Position numbers and translations under genes: made by a program
Shown here: piece after piece, positions 1 to 9,909 of the stretch
Position numbering within the stretch: the first letter of the stretch is position 1
How the letters are laid out: each line of letters starts with the position of its first letter
The notes under the pieces: model-generated
Seen by the model: only the letters and a program-made list of their open reading frames with translations
The model's database searches: none
What the model was told of the DNA's origin: nothing
Assembly: GCA_963707215.1 (NCBI GenBank)
Contig: CAVPPB010000002.1
Span: 26,865-90,864 of the forward strand
Direction of reading: 5' to 3'
Length of the DNA stretch: 64,000 nucleotides
Origin: an uncultured Chloroflexia bacterium
GTDB lineage: Bacteria > Chloroflexota > Limnocylindria > Limnocylindrales > CSP1-4

Positions 1-57
1 CGCGCCCGGAACCGGCGATCCGCCGGCGCCGCGATCCTTGGTCGAGCCCTCTCCCTG

Positions 58-501
58 TTGGCGTTCCTGCCCGTGGCGAGCCGAGCCCCGACGTACTCAC
101 GGCTCGTCTGGGCCCTGGTCCGCGACGAGCGCGTCCCGGCCAGCCGGAAGGCGGTCCTGGCGGCCGGCGCCGGCTACCTGCTCCTGGGCCGCGACCTCAT
201 CCCCAATTCGGCCCCGTTCATCGGTGGGCTCGACGACCTGGTCGTCGTGGTCCTGGCGGTGAACCTCTTCCTCGACGGCGTGCCGGCCGAGATCGTGGAC
301 GAGAAGCTCGATGAGCTCGGGATCGACCCCATCTCCTACCACCGGGACGTCGGCCAGATCCGACGGATCGTCCCGATCCCCATCCGCCGGGCGGTCCGAG
401 ACCTGCCCAGAGCCGCCGAGGCGATCGTCGGGATCGCCGGCGAGCTCGGAGTCGCCGACCGTGTCCGGTCATCACTCACCAAGGAGGATCCACTCGCGTG
501 A
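58..501 (+). CDS. DUF1232 (YkvA-like) family membrane protein; the 5' end may extend past the window edge
   Basis: 147-aa ORF with the DUF1232-like core LIPNSAPFIGGLDDLVVVVLAV. The frame is open back to position 1. The stop overlaps the rplI start. Confidence 0.55.
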   Translation: MAFLPVASRAPTYSRLVWALVRDERVPASRKAVLAAGAGYLLLGRDLIPNSAPFIGGLDDLVVVVLAVNLFLDGVPAEIVDEKLDELGIDPISYHRDVGQIRRIVPIPIRRAVRDLPRAAEAIVGIAGELGVADRVRSSLTKEDPLA

Positions 502-944
502 AGGTCATCCTGACCCAGGACGTGCCCAAGCTCGGCAAGAGCGGCGAGATGAAGGTCGTCGCCGACGGGTACGCCACCAACTACCTGATCCCGAAGAGCC
601 TGGCCGTCCCGGCCGCCGGTGGGTCCTACCGGGCCTGGCAGCACGACATCGCCAGTCGCGAGGAGAAGCGCCAGCGCGAGCGGGCTGAGGCGGAGATCGC
701 CGCCACCCGCATCTCCAGCACGACCCTCACGATGGGGGTCAAGGTCGGCGAGGGCGGCAAGCTCTACGGCTCGATCACCAGCAAGGACATCGCCGACGCC
801 CTGGCCCGCCGCGGCATCGAGATCGACCGCCACAAGATCGAGCTGGACGAGCCTCTCAAGACCCTGGGGACCTACAAGGTCGCCATCAAGGTCTACTCGG
901 GGATGACCTCCGAGGTCACCGTCGTCGTCGAGCCCAAGGGCTGA
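498..944 (+). CDS. rplI: 50S ribosomal protein L9
   Basis: MKVILTQDVPKLGKSGEMKVVADGYATNYLIPKSLAV is the canonical L9 N-terminus. An AAGGAGG RBS sits at 481-487. The GTG start overlaps the upstream stop. Confidence 0.95.
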   Translation: MKVILTQDVPKLGKSGEMKVVADGYATNYLIPKSLAVPAAGGSYRAWQHDIASREEKRQRERAEAEIAATRISSTTLTMGVKVGEGGKLYGSITSKDIADALARRGIEIDRHKIELDEPLKTLGTYKVAIKVYSGMTSEVTVVVEPKG

Positions 945-971
945 CCGGGACCCTGCCCGCGCCTCCGCGGG

Positions 972-2930
972 TCAGGCGCCCCCGGAGACCGAGCGCACGT
1001 CGTAGATCCGCCACTCGCCGGTCGCAGCAGCGACCGGGAACCTGGCCGCGTAGGCGGCCTCGTCGGCCTGCTGATCGGCCCGCTCCAACGGCCCGATGAC
1101 GACGAAGTGGACGCCGTGCCGGGCGATGAGCTCGTCGGCCCGGGGACCGAGCTGGAGGATCTCGACCACCTCCGCCTGACGCTCCTCGTAGGGGATGCCG
1201 CTCACCCACAGCTGGCCCCAGTAGCCCATCAGGAGCTGCCGTCCGCTCAGCATCATGACCGGGTCGTGGCTCTGCATGCCCGTCACGATGATCGCGTCGG
1301 GCTCGCTGACCTCGCGGACCAGCTCGGCAACCCTGATCTGCTCGCTGGTGATCATCCGGTAGCGCATGTGCCCCTCGAACTGGTCGAGGTTCTCGAGCGA
1401 GGCGCTCAGGATCATGGTCACGACCGCGGCGGCAAGGACGAAGCGGACGACGGACCGTCGGCTGGAGCGCCAGCCTCGCACGATGACCGCCGCCACGACG
1501 ATCGCTGCCCCCAGGAACCAGTAGACCAGGATCTTGTGGTTGTCCCAGTCCCAGGGCTGGAAGACCGCCACGTTGGCGACCACGAAGATCGGCATGAGGG
1601 CGAGCACGACGCCCCTCGACGAGGGCGGCAGGACGCGCCGGCCCAGGAGGCCGATGACGGCGACCGGTATGAAGAGACCGGCGTTCTTGATCCAGAACCA
1701 CCACCACGGATCGGGGTCCGCCACCCAGCCGAGCTGGATGCGGAATGACGACAGGGCCCCGGCCCCGCCGCCGAGCTGGACCAGGAGCTGGGGCATGGCG
1801 ACCGCGATCCAGACGGCGTGGAAGAGGATCCAGCCGACCCAGGGGATGCGATGGAGAGGGTCGCGCCAGGACCGCGGGGTGAGCAGAAGGACCAGGAACG
1901 GCGTCGTCATGGCCATCGCCAGCAGCGTCGGCAGGTGGGCGAGGGGCAACAGGCCGCCGACGACCCCGGCCAACGCGAACCGGCCCAGGTCCCGGCGGCG
2001 GACCGCCGAGACGAGGGTCGTCAGCATGAGCATCGCCAGGGGCAGTCCGTACAGGTACGCCCGCTGCGACATCAGGAACGCGAGGTACGGATTGTAGAAG
2101 CGGATGTTCAGCTCGCGGACGGCCTGCTCGTCCCAGGGCTTGTCGACCAGGACGCGAGCCAGGTCCCCGTACTCCTGGAGGGTCCCGAGGGTGGCGAACC
2201 AGCCCAGCCCGGCGCCCATGATGAAGAGCAGGGTGCCGAGGGTCGCGATCGACGGGGCGATAGCCAGGCGCCGGATCAACGCCCAGATGGCCAGGGTCGC
2301 CACGATCGAGAGCAGGAACGAGTGGAGCGGAAGGGCCACGACCGGATCCATGCCCAGGACGACCATCCCGGCGGGGGTCAGGTCGCTCAGGTGGTGGTAG
2401 CTCAGCGGCAAGCCGGCGTAGAGCGTGTTCTGGGGCGGGAAGTTCTCGCCCCAGGCGAACCGGGTGACGATGCCGATGTGGGTGGGCCAGTCGCTCCAGA
2501 GGTACTCGTGGCCGGCCCAGAGGCCGTCCTCCAGCCGCTGGATCGCGCCCGACCAGAGGAAGACCCAGCGAGCCGAAAGGACGCCGATCAGGACGGTCCC
2601 CCAGGGGTCAAGCCCGAAGACCCAGGACCACCAGCGCTCACGGAGGTCGTCGACGCTCCGGGCGCTCGTCAGGCCGGGCCCGCCGGGGCCGAACCAGAGC
2701 GCCGCGGCCAGGCCGGCCGAGACCACGCCGACCCCGACGACGATCGCCGGGCTCAGGCCGCCCGCCAGCGTCGCCAGGGGCAGCAGCGCGAGCGTCCCGA
2801 CGACGAGGCCCAGGACGATGCCGTAGGCGACCCGTTCGAGTCGCGACAGGAACGGCGCGACGCGGTAGAGGGCGGCGACGCCGAACGCGGCGAGCGCGGC
2901 GAGCCAGACGAGAGACAGTAGGGCTGGCAC
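972..2930 (-). CDS. large polytopic membrane protein (about 14 TM), possibly a GT-C-type glycosyltransferase; function unknown
   Basis: Intact 652-aa ORF with many hydrophobic helices and a C-terminal soluble domain. Third-codon positions are strongly G/C-biased. Confidence 0.6.
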   Translation of the reverse strand: MPALLSLVWLAALAAFGVAALYRVAPFLSRLERVAYGIVLGLVVGTLALLPLATLAGGLSPAIVVGVGVVSAGLAAALWFGPGGPGLTSARSVDDLRERWWSWVFGLDPWGTVLIGVLSARWVFLWSGAIQRLEDGLWAGHEYLWSDWPTHIGIVTRFAWGENFPPQNTLYAGLPLSYHHLSDLTPAGMVVLGMDPVVALPLHSFLLSIVATLAIWALIRRLAIAPSIATLGTLLFIMGAGLGWFATLGTLQEYGDLARVLVDKPWDEQAVRELNIRFYNPYLAFLMSQRAYLYGLPLAMLMLTTLVSAVRRRDLGRFALAGVVGGLLPLAHLPTLLAMAMTTPFLVLLLTPRSWRDPLHRIPWVGWILFHAVWIAVAMPQLLVQLGGGAGALSSFRIQLGWVADPDPWWWFWIKNAGLFIPVAVIGLLGRRVLPPSSRGVVLALMPIFVVANVAVFQPWDWDNHKILVYWFLGAAIVVAAVIVRGWRSSRRSVVRFVLAAAVVTMILSASLENLDQFEGHMRYRMITSEQIRVAELVREVSEPDAIIVTGMQSHDPVMMLSGRQLLMGYWGQLWVSGIPYEERQAEVVEILQLGPRADELIARHGVHFVVIGPLERADQQADEAAYAARFPVAAATGEWRIYDVRSVSGGA

Positions 2931-2950
2931 GGCCGCGCGATGATACCGCC

Positions 2951-4294
2951 GTGGCAGCCTCCGACCCCCGCACCATCCTCCACGTCGACCTAGACGCCTT
3001 CTTCGCCGCCGTCGAGCAGCGTGACCGGCCCGAGCTCCGCGGCCGCCCGGTCATCGTCGGCGGCGGTGGGCCGCACGACCGCGGCGTGGTCTCTACGGCG
3101 AGCTACGAGGCGCGCCGCTTCGGCATCCGCTCGGCGATGCCGCTGCGGACGGCCGGTGCCCTCTGCCCCGACGCCGTCTTCCTGCCCGTCGACGGACGGA
3201 AGTACACGGCGGTCAGCCGCGAGGTCATGGCCATCCTTCGCCGCTTCACCCCGCTCGTCGAGCCGGTCTCCATCGACGAGGCCTTCCTCGACGTCTCGGC
3301 TTCGAGGGCGCTCTTCGGTGACGGCCCGGCCATCGCCGGCCGGATCAAGTCGGCCGTCCATGACGAGGTCCGCCTGACCATCTCCGTCGGGGTGGCGACG
3401 ACGAAGCTGGTCGCCAAGATCGCCTCCGACCTGCGCAAGCCGGATGGGCTCGTCGTCGTGCCGCCGGGGGAGGAGGCCGCCTTCCTGGCCCCGCTCGAGG
3501 TGACCCGCCTCTGGGGGGTCGGCCCGCGGACTGCGACGATCCTCCGGGAGCTGGGCGTGGCGACGATCGGCGATCTCGCCGCTCTGCCGGTGGACCATCT
3601 CGTCCGACGGCTCGGCCGGCACGGCGCGACCCTCCACGACCGCGCGCTCGGCATCGACCCGGACCCGGTCGACGACCCCGAGGCGGCCAAGTCGATCGGC
3701 CACGAGCACACCTTCGACGTCGACACGAACGACCGGGAGACGATCGAGCGGACCCTGCTGGCCATGGCCGACGGGGTGAGCGGCCGGCTCCGCTCGGCGG
3801 GCCTGCGGGCGGGGACCGTGACGGTCAAGATCCGCTCGAGCGACTTCCACACCGTGACCCGCCAGCGGACCCTCGCCGAGCCCACCGACCTGACCGAGCC
3901 GATCTGGCGGACGGCGCTCGAGCTGGCCGAGCCGGAGGTGCGGGGGATCCGGGTCCGCCTCATCGGTGTCAGCGTGTCGCACCTGGGCGCCCCCCAGCAG
4001 ATGGCCCTCTTCGGCGTCGACGACGACCGGCGGCGCCGGGCCGAGCTGGCGGCCGACGACATCCGGCGCCGCTACGGGCTGCGCTCGGTCACCCGCGGAC
4101 GCCTCGTCGGCACGCGGATCCCGACGCCCTTCGAGCGGGACCCGATGACCGCCCCGGAGCGCCGGCTCGGGAGCGAGCCGCACTCGCCGCAGGAAGGGAC
4201 GGGGAGCCCTCGCTCCGGTCCAGCGGCAGCCCCGGAGGACCGTGACAGCGAAGCTGACACAGGGCACGTCGACGATCTCGACCACGACGCTTGA
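2951..4294 (+). CDS. dinB: DNA polymerase IV (Y-family translesion polymerase)
   Basis: ILHVDLDAFFAAVEQRDRPELRGRPVIVGG...YEARRFGIRSAMP...SIDEAFLDVS are the conserved DinB/UmuC motifs. Confidence 0.9.
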   Translation: MAASDPRTILHVDLDAFFAAVEQRDRPELRGRPVIVGGGGPHDRGVVSTASYEARRFGIRSAMPLRTAGALCPDAVFLPVDGRKYTAVSREVMAILRRFTPLVEPVSIDEAFLDVSASRALFGDGPAIAGRIKSAVHDEVRLTISVGVATTKLVAKIASDLRKPDGLVVVPPGEEAAFLAPLEVTRLWGVGPRTATILRELGVATIGDLAALPVDHLVRRLGRHGATLHDRALGIDPDPVDDPEAAKSIGHEHTFDVDTNDRETIERTLLAMADGVSGRLRSAGLRAGTVTVKIRSSDFHTVTRQRTLAEPTDLTEPIWRTALELAEPEVRGIRVRLIGVSVSHLGAPQQMALFGVDDDRRRRAELAADDIRRRYGLRSVTRGRLVGTRIPTPFERDPMTAPERRLGSEPHSPQEGTGSPRSGPAAAPEDRDSEADTGHVDDLDHDA

Positions 4295-4386
4295 CATCGA
4301 ACACCCGTTCGGTATAGTCGGCATCGTCGAACAGGTGTTCTACTCGACCGAGTGCTCCGGTCGCGTGACGGAAAGGAGAGCCACGA

Positions 4387-4646
4387 TGGCCATGATGCAG
4401 GTCGATCCGGTCCCCGTCCGCGTCCGCACGGGCTGGTTCGACGGTCGCCCCAGGGAGATCACGCTGGCCGGTCAGCGGCTGCCGGTGCTGGGTCTCGCGG
4501 TCATCCGCGATGAGACCTCGGCCTATCCCGTAGCGACTGGCCCTCGGATCGTCTTCGAGGTCGAGACCCCCCGTGCCCGGCTGACCCTCAGCTACCGGCC
4601 GCGGGGTCGCCGCTGGGCCGTCGAGGGCATGGACCGCGCCGCCTGA
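4387..4646 (+). CDS. hypothetical small protein
   Basis: 86-aa ORF (MAMMQVDPVPVRV...) in the coding-like frame directly downstream of dinB. No recognisable family. Confidence 0.3.
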
Positions 4647-4819
4647 CCGGACCGAAGGACCCGTCGGTCCCGCGTCCTCCTCGCCGGATCGACACGGAGA
4701 GGCACGGGGCGGGCGTGCCGGTACCACGCTCGCCCCGTCCGCCGGTCGGCCCGGGCTGACCTGCCGAGCGGCCCCCGTGGACTCGGTCGACCGGCCCGGT
4801 CGCCCCGTCCGCCGGTCCC

Positions 4820-4832
4820 TACAATCGATCCC
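4820..4832 (+). promoter_or_regulatory. candidate -10 element (TACAAT) for a leaderless transcript of the cyclodeaminase-folD-fhs operon
   Basis: TACAAT at 4820-4825 lies 7 nt upstream of the ATG at 4833. It is preceded by two copies of an 18-bp direct repeat, TCGCCCCGTCCGCCGGTC, at 4730-4747 and 4800-4817. Confidence 0.3.
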
Positions 4833-5501
4833 GTGGAGGATGGAGCAGAACGATTCGAGGACCTCACCCTCGACGCGTTCATCTCGCGATTGGCGACTGC
4901 GGCGCCCGTACCCGGCGGGGGCAGCGCGGCGGCCGTGGCCGCCTCGATAGCCGCTGGTCTTGTGGCCATGGTCGCCGCCCTGACCGAGGGTCGCGAGCGC
5001 TATGCCGGTCACGCGGCCCTTGCGGCCCACTGGATCGGTGCTGGGCGCGAGCTGGCCCACCGCTGCCTCCGGCTCGCGGATGACGATGCGGTCGCCTACG
5101 GCCGATTCGCAGCAGCGATGAAGATGCCGCGCGAATCGGACGCCGAGCGCGAGGAACGGGCCGAGGCGCTTCGTGCCGCCGCCCGGATCGCCGCCGAGGT
5201 GCCGCTCCGCTGCGTCGAGACGTGCGTCGAGATCGTCCGGGGCTCCGAGGCCCTGGCGGGCCGGAGCAACGTCAACGCCGCCTCCGACCTGGTCGTCGCG
5301 GCACTCCTTGCCGAGGCCGCTGCCCGAGGGGCCGCCGTGAACGTCCTGGTCAACCTGCCGGCGCTGGGCGACGACCAGCTGGCCGGTGAGTTCTCGGCCC
5401 GGGTCGACGATCGTCTCGCCGAAGTCGAGCGGCTCGCCGTCGCGACGCGGGAGACGGTCCGCCGCGGTGATACCCGCGCCCCGGTGTCCGAGCCCGCATG
5501 A
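4833..5501 (+). CDS. cyclodeaminase/cyclohydrolase family protein (formiminotetrahydrofolate cyclodeaminase / methenyl-THF cyclohydrolase, FTCD C-domain-like)
   Basis: The N-terminal PVPGGGSAAAVAASIAAGLVAMVAALTEG and the all-alpha, Ala-rich composition are typical of this family. It sits immediately upstream of folD. Confidence 0.8.
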   Translation: MEDGAERFEDLTLDAFISRLATAAPVPGGGSAAAVAASIAAGLVAMVAALTEGRERYAGHAALAAHWIGAGRELAHRCLRLADDDAVAYGRFAAAMKMPRESDAEREERAEALRAAARIAAEVPLRCVETCVEIVRGSEALAGRSNVNAASDLVVAALLAEAAARGAAVNVLVNLPALGDDQLAGEFSARVDDRLAEVERLAVATRETVRRGDTRAPVSEPA

Positions 5502-6448
5502 CGGCATCCGGGGACTCGGCGGTCCAGAACGGAGCGGCCCGGCTCCTCCTGGGTGCGCCCATCGCGGCCGACATCCGGGCCGGCGTCGAGGCGGACGTGG
5601 CCGGCTTCCGGGAACGCCACGGGCGGGCACCAGGCCTGGCGGTCGTCCTCGTCGGGCGTGACGCGCCGTCGACCGTCTACCTCGAGCAGATCCTCCGCGG
5701 CTGCGCCAAGGTCGGGATCGAGGGCCGTTTCGTCGAGGTGGAGCTCGGCGGCGAGGGCGTCGAGGCCAGCGTTGTCCGGGCGATCCGGGAGCTCGGGGAC
5801 GATCCCGACGTCCACGGCATCATCGTCCAGATGCCGCTGCCGCCCGAGGTCCGCCTCCGGTCGGTGATCGAGGCCATCGATCCCGCCAAGGACATCGATG
5901 GGATCCATCCCCTGAATGCCGGACTCCTGCGGCTGGGCTACGACGGCTTCCTTCCGGCCACGGCCCACGCGGCCATCGAGGTCCTCCGCCGCTCGGACAT
6001 CCCGATGGCCGGCCGCGATGCCGTCGTCATCGGTCGCTCGCCGGTCGTCGGCCAGCCGGCTGCCTTCCTGCTCGTCCGCGAGGACGCAACCGTCACCGTC
6101 TGCCACTCGAGGACGCGCGACCTTGCGGCCCACGTCGGTCGGGCCGACATCGTCGTCGTTGCGGCCGGCCGGCCCGGCCTGGTCACCGGCGCGATGCTCA
6201 AGCCGGGTGCGGTCGTGGTCGACGTCGGCATCAACGTGGTCGAGGGGAAGCTCGTCGGCGACGTCGACTTCGACTCCGCGGTCGAAGTCGCCTCGGCCAT
6301 CACCCCGGTCCCGGGCGGCGTCGGGCCGCTGACCAATGCGCTCCTCCTGTCCCATCTCGTCCGGGCCGCCCTCGCGCAGGTCGAGGGGCGCGGCCCGGCC
6401 ATCGTCGAATCGGCCGCCCACAGCCCGGCCATGCGAGGTACCCGATGA
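5498..6448 (+). CDS. folD: bifunctional methylenetetrahydrofolate dehydrogenase / methenyltetrahydrofolate cyclohydrolase
   Basis: IIVQMPLPPEV...IDPAKDIDGIHPLNAGLL...GRSPVVGQPAAFLL match FolD motifs. There is a 4-nt overlap with the upstream gene. Confidence 0.92.
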   Translation: MTASGDSAVQNGAARLLLGAPIAADIRAGVEADVAGFRERHGRAPGLAVVLVGRDAPSTVYLEQILRGCAKVGIEGRFVEVELGGEGVEASVVRAIRELGDDPDVHGIIVQMPLPPEVRLRSVIEAIDPAKDIDGIHPLNAGLLRLGYDGFLPATAHAAIEVLRRSDIPMAGRDAVVIGRSPVVGQPAAFLLVREDATVTVCHSRTRDLAAHVGRADIVVVAAGRPGLVTGAMLKPGAVVVDVGINVVEGKLVGDVDFDSAVEVASAITPVPGGVGPLTNALLLSHLVRAALAQVEGRGPAIVESAAHSPAMRGTR

Positions 6449-8151
6449 CCTTCCCGTCCGATCTCGAGATCGCCCGTTCCGTGCCCCCCCGCCCCATCGT
6501 CGACGTGGCCGCCGAGCTCGGCCTCCGCGACGACGAGATCGAGCTGTACGGCCCGACCAAGGCCAAGGTGACCCTGGCCGGCGTCGAGCGTGTCGAGGTC
6601 GAGCGACCTCGCGGGCGGTACGTCGTCGTCACGGCGATCACCCCGACCCCGCTCGGCGAGGGCAAGACGACCACGACGGTCGGGCTCGCCCAGGGCCTGA
6701 ACCGGATCGGCCGCAAGGCCTCGGTGGCCATCCGCCAGCCGTCGCTGGGTCCGGTCTTCGGGATCAAGGGCGGGGCGGCCGGCGGCGGCTACTCCCAGAT
6801 CATCCCGATGGAGGACTTCAACCTCCACCTGACGGGCGACATCCACGCCATCGGGGCGGCCCACAATCTGGCCTCGGCCTTCCTCGACAACCACCTGCAC
6901 CACGGCAACCAGCTGGGGATCGATCCCTTCTCGATCCGTTGGCCGCGGGTCGTCGACATCAGCGACCGGGCCATCCGCAGGGTCGTGATCGGACTCGGGG
7001 GCAAGGAGAATGGCGTCCCCCGCGAGTCGGAGTGGGTCATCACGGTCGCCTCCGAGGTCATGGCCATCCTGGCCCTCTCGAAGGACATCTTCGACCTGCG
7101 GGAGCGGCTCGGCCGGATCGTCCTGGCCACCGATCGCGACGGCAAGGCCGTCACCGCCGAGGATCTCAAGGTCGCCGGCGCGATGACCGTCCTCCTCCGC
7201 GACGCCATCAAGCCGAACCTGCTCCAGACCCTCGAGGGCGGTCCGGCCTACGTCCACTGCGGGCCGTTCGCCAACATCGCCCACGGCAACAGCTCGATCA
7301 TCGCCGACCGGGTGGCCCTGCAGACGAGCGACATCGTCGTCACCGAGGCCGGCTTCGGCGCCGACATGGGGGCGGAGAAGTTCTTCGACATCAAGTGCCG
7401 GGCCTCGGGGCTCCGTCCCGACGCAGCCGTCGTCGTGGCCACGATCCGGGCCCTCAAGATGCACGGCGGGGTCGGCCGGATCGTCGCCGGCAAGCCGCTG
7501 GACCCGGCCCTGACGACCGAGAACGTCGAGGCGGTCCGGACCGGCGGCGCCAACCTCGCCGCCCAGGTCGAGCTCGTCCGCTCCTACGGCGTCCCCGTGG
7601 TCGTGGCCATCAACGCCTTCCCGACCGACACGGAGGCCGAGTTCGAGGCGGTCCGCCAGGTCGCTCTCGAGGCTGGCGCGGTGGACGCCGTGGTGACCAC
7701 CAACTGGGCCGACGGCGGGGCCGGAGCCGAGGCGCTCGCCGCATCGGTATGGGAGGCGGCGTCCAGCGACGCCGGCGATTTCCGGCTCCTCTACCCGGAC
7801 GAGCTGCCCCTCCGCGAGAAGATCGAGACGATCGCGGCGAAGGTCTACGGGGCCGACGGGGTGGACTTCGCGCCAGCAGCGACCAAGGCCCTCGCCGAGT
7901 ACGAGCGCCTGGGCTACGGGCACCTGCCGGTCTGCGTGGCCAAGACCCACCTCTCGCTGAGCCACGACCCCAACCTCAAGGGCCGACCGAGCGGCTTCCG
8001 CTTCCCGATCCGCGACGTCAAGCTCGCCGCCGGTGCAGGCTTCATCTACCCGCTCGCGGGCGACATGCGGACGATGCCGGGGCTCCCGTCGAGGCCGGCC
8101 GGCGAGAACATCGACATCGACGCCGACGGCAACGTCGTCGGCCTCTTCTAG
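6445..8151 (+). CDS. fhs: formate--tetrahydrofolate ligase
   Basis: TPTPLGEGKTTTTVGLAQGL (P-loop) and a 568-aa length, with full-length similarity to Fhs. It overlaps the folD stop. Confidence 0.95.
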   Translation: MTFPSDLEIARSVPPRPIVDVAAELGLRDDEIELYGPTKAKVTLAGVERVEVERPRGRYVVVTAITPTPLGEGKTTTTVGLAQGLNRIGRKASVAIRQPSLGPVFGIKGGAAGGGYSQIIPMEDFNLHLTGDIHAIGAAHNLASAFLDNHLHHGNQLGIDPFSIRWPRVVDISDRAIRRVVIGLGGKENGVPRESEWVITVASEVMAILALSKDIFDLRERLGRIVLATDRDGKAVTAEDLKVAGAMTVLLRDAIKPNLLQTLEGGPAYVHCGPFANIAHGNSSIIADRVALQTSDIVVTEAGFGADMGAEKFFDIKCRASGLRPDAAVVVATIRALKMHGGVGRIVAGKPLDPALTTENVEAVRTGGANLAAQVELVRSYGVPVVVAINAFPTDTEAEFEAVRQVALEAGAVDAVVTTNWADGGAGAEALAASVWEAASSDAGDFRLLYPDELPLREKIETIAAKVYGADGVDFAPAATKALAEYERLGYGHLPVCVAKTHLSLSHDPNLKGRPSGFRFPIRDVKLAAGAGFIYPLAGDMRTMPGLPSRPAGENIDIDADGNVVGLF

Positions 8152-8191
8152 CACGCGCGGCCCGGCGCCCGGGCCGCGCACCAGCACGACG

Positions 8192-9460
8192 ATGACGGGG
8201 CCGTCCGACCTCCGCCCGATCGGCCGCGGGGACGCGATCCGGCTGTTCGCCGGCCGGACCCTGCGGATGGTCGCCTACGGCGGGCTCGCCGTCGTCCTGG
8301 TCGTCTATCTCGACCGGATCGGGCTCGATGCCGCCACCATCGGCGTCCTCCTGACCCTGACCCTGCTCGGCGACACGGCCATCTCGCTCTGGCTCACCAC
8401 GAACGCGGATCGCGTCGGTCGACGGCGGGTCCTGGTCGTCGGGTCGCTGCTGATGGCCGGCGCGGCCCTCGTCTTCGCGGCGACCGACCTGGCGCCGCTC
8501 CTGCTGGTCGCCGCCACGATCGGCGTGATGAGCCCCAGCGGCAAGGAGGTCGGGCCGTTCCTGGCCGTCGAGCAGGCGTCCCTCACCCGCCTGGTCCCCG
8601 ATGCCCGACGGACGTCCGTGTTCGCCTGGTACAACCTCGTGGGATCGGTCGCCGTCGCGATCGGCGCGCTGCTGGCCGGGCTGGCCGTCCAGCAGCTGCT
8701 CGCCCTGGGCGTGACCGACGTCGACGCCGAGCGGGCCGTCGTCGTCGGCTACGGCGCCGTCGGGCTGCTCATGGCCCTCGTGTTCCTCGGCCTGTCCGAC
8801 GGCATCGAGGTCCCCCACCCGGAGCGGACCAGCGTCGCCACCCGGCTGGGGCTTCACCGGTCACGCCGGGTCGTCTTCCAGCTGTCCGGCCTCTTCGCCC
8901 TCGACGCGTTCGCCGGCGGCTTCGTCATGGACAGCCTGGTGGCCTTCTGGCTTGTGCAGCGGTTCGGCCTGGAGCCGGCCCTCATCGGCGCGGTCTTCTT
9001 CGCGGCCAACCTGCTGGCGGCCGTCTCGGCCCTGGCGGCGGTGTGGATCGCCCGGCGGATCGGGCTGATCCGGACCATGGTCTACACCCACCTGCCGTCG
9101 AACGTGCTCCTGATCCTCGTCCCGCTCATGCCGGTGGCGCCCCTGGCCGTCCTCATGCTGCTGGCCCGGGCCTCGATCAGCCAGATGGACGTGCCGACGC
9201 GGCAGTCGTACACGATGGCCGTCGTCGCTCCCGACGAACGGTCTGCTGCCGCCGGTGTCACCGGCATCGCCCGGACCACCGGCCAGGCCGCCGCCCCGCT
9301 CGTGGCGGCGCCGCTCATCGCGTCGGCCGGGTTGGCGGGTCTGCCGTTCGTCATCGCCGGCAGCCTGAAGATCGTCTACGACCTCAGCCTGTGGGCGCTG
9401 TTCCGGGCCCGCCCGGCTCCCGAGGAGGTCGCTGGCGAGGGCCGGGGACGATCCGCCTAG
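8192..9460 (+). CDS. MFS transporter
   Basis: 12 predicted TM helices and MFS-like loop motifs (GDRVGRRRVLV). Start placed at ATG 8192, after the fhs stop, not at the overlapping upstream ATG in the track. Confidence 0.8.
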   Translation: MTGPSDLRPIGRGDAIRLFAGRTLRMVAYGGLAVVLVVYLDRIGLDAATIGVLLTLTLLGDTAISLWLTTNADRVGRRRVLVVGSLLMAGAALVFAATDLAPLLLVAATIGVMSPSGKEVGPFLAVEQASLTRLVPDARRTSVFAWYNLVGSVAVAIGALLAGLAVQQLLALGVTDVDAERAVVVGYGAVGLLMALVFLGLSDGIEVPHPERTSVATRLGLHRSRRVVFQLSGLFALDAFAGGFVMDSLVAFWLVQRFGLEPALIGAVFFAANLLAAVSALAAVWIARRIGLIRTMVYTHLPSNVLLILVPLMPVAPLAVLMLLARASISQMDVPTRQSYTMAVVAPDERSAAAGVTGIARTTGQAAAPLVAAPLIASAGLAGLPFVIAGSLKIVYDLSLWALFRARPAPEEVAGEGRGRSA

Positions 9461-9475
9461 GCGGGTCCGCGGCGG

Positions 9476-9826
9476 TCAGATCAGGCCGTCGGCGACCGCG
9501 AAGGCGGCGACGACCGCGGCTGCGGCCGCCACCCCGACGACGCTCGCCGCCCAGGCCCGCAGGTCGATCGGCCCGAGGGGTTCCTCGTCATCGTGGCCAC
9601 CGTGGCCGTCGTGCGCGTCGTGGTCGGCGTCCGCGTGCGCTCCCTCGTGACCGGCACCGGGCTGATGGTCGTCAGGATGGGCTGCCGCCGCCGCCTCGGC
9701 CTCGGCGACCTCGGTCGCCGCTTCCTGGGCCGCGGCCGCCTCGGCCTCGCCGGCGGTGAGGGGCTGGGCGGGGTCCCTGGGGTCGCCTGCGTCGCTCATC
9801 GTGGGGTCATCCACCTCCGCCGGCAT
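9476..9826 (-). CDS. small His/Asp-rich protein with a C-terminal TM anchor
   Basis: C-terminal part of the track ORF (MPAEVDDPTMSDAGD...HADADHDAHDGHGGHDDEE...VVGVAAAAAVVAAFAVADGLI). It has a histidine-rich acidic tract and one TM helix. Confidence 0.35.
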   Translation of the reverse strand: MPAEVDDPTMSDAGDPRDPAQPLTAGEAEAAAAQEAATEVAEAEAAAAAHPDDHQPGAGHEGAHADADHDAHDGHGGHDDEEPLGPIDLRAWAASVVGVAAAAAVVAAFAVADGLI

Positions 9827-9909
9827 TGTCGCACGGCCGGCGGCGGCGGCGTCCCCCGGTGCCCGGCCCGCGGCGACTCCCCGGGCCGCGGCGGCCCCCC
9901 GGTCGAGCG

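Noticed and set aside
8033-8191. N-terminal extension of the MFS transporter ORF overlapping the fhs 3' end
   Set aside because: The extension is Arg/Ser low-complexity and overlaps the fhs coding frame. The start was moved to ATG 8192.
5938-8195. Long ORFs (749 aa minus; 619 aa plus alternate frame) overlapping folD and fhs
   Set aside because: Their translations are Arg/Gly/Pro-rich low-complexity with no family resemblance. The folD and fhs frames are unambiguous.
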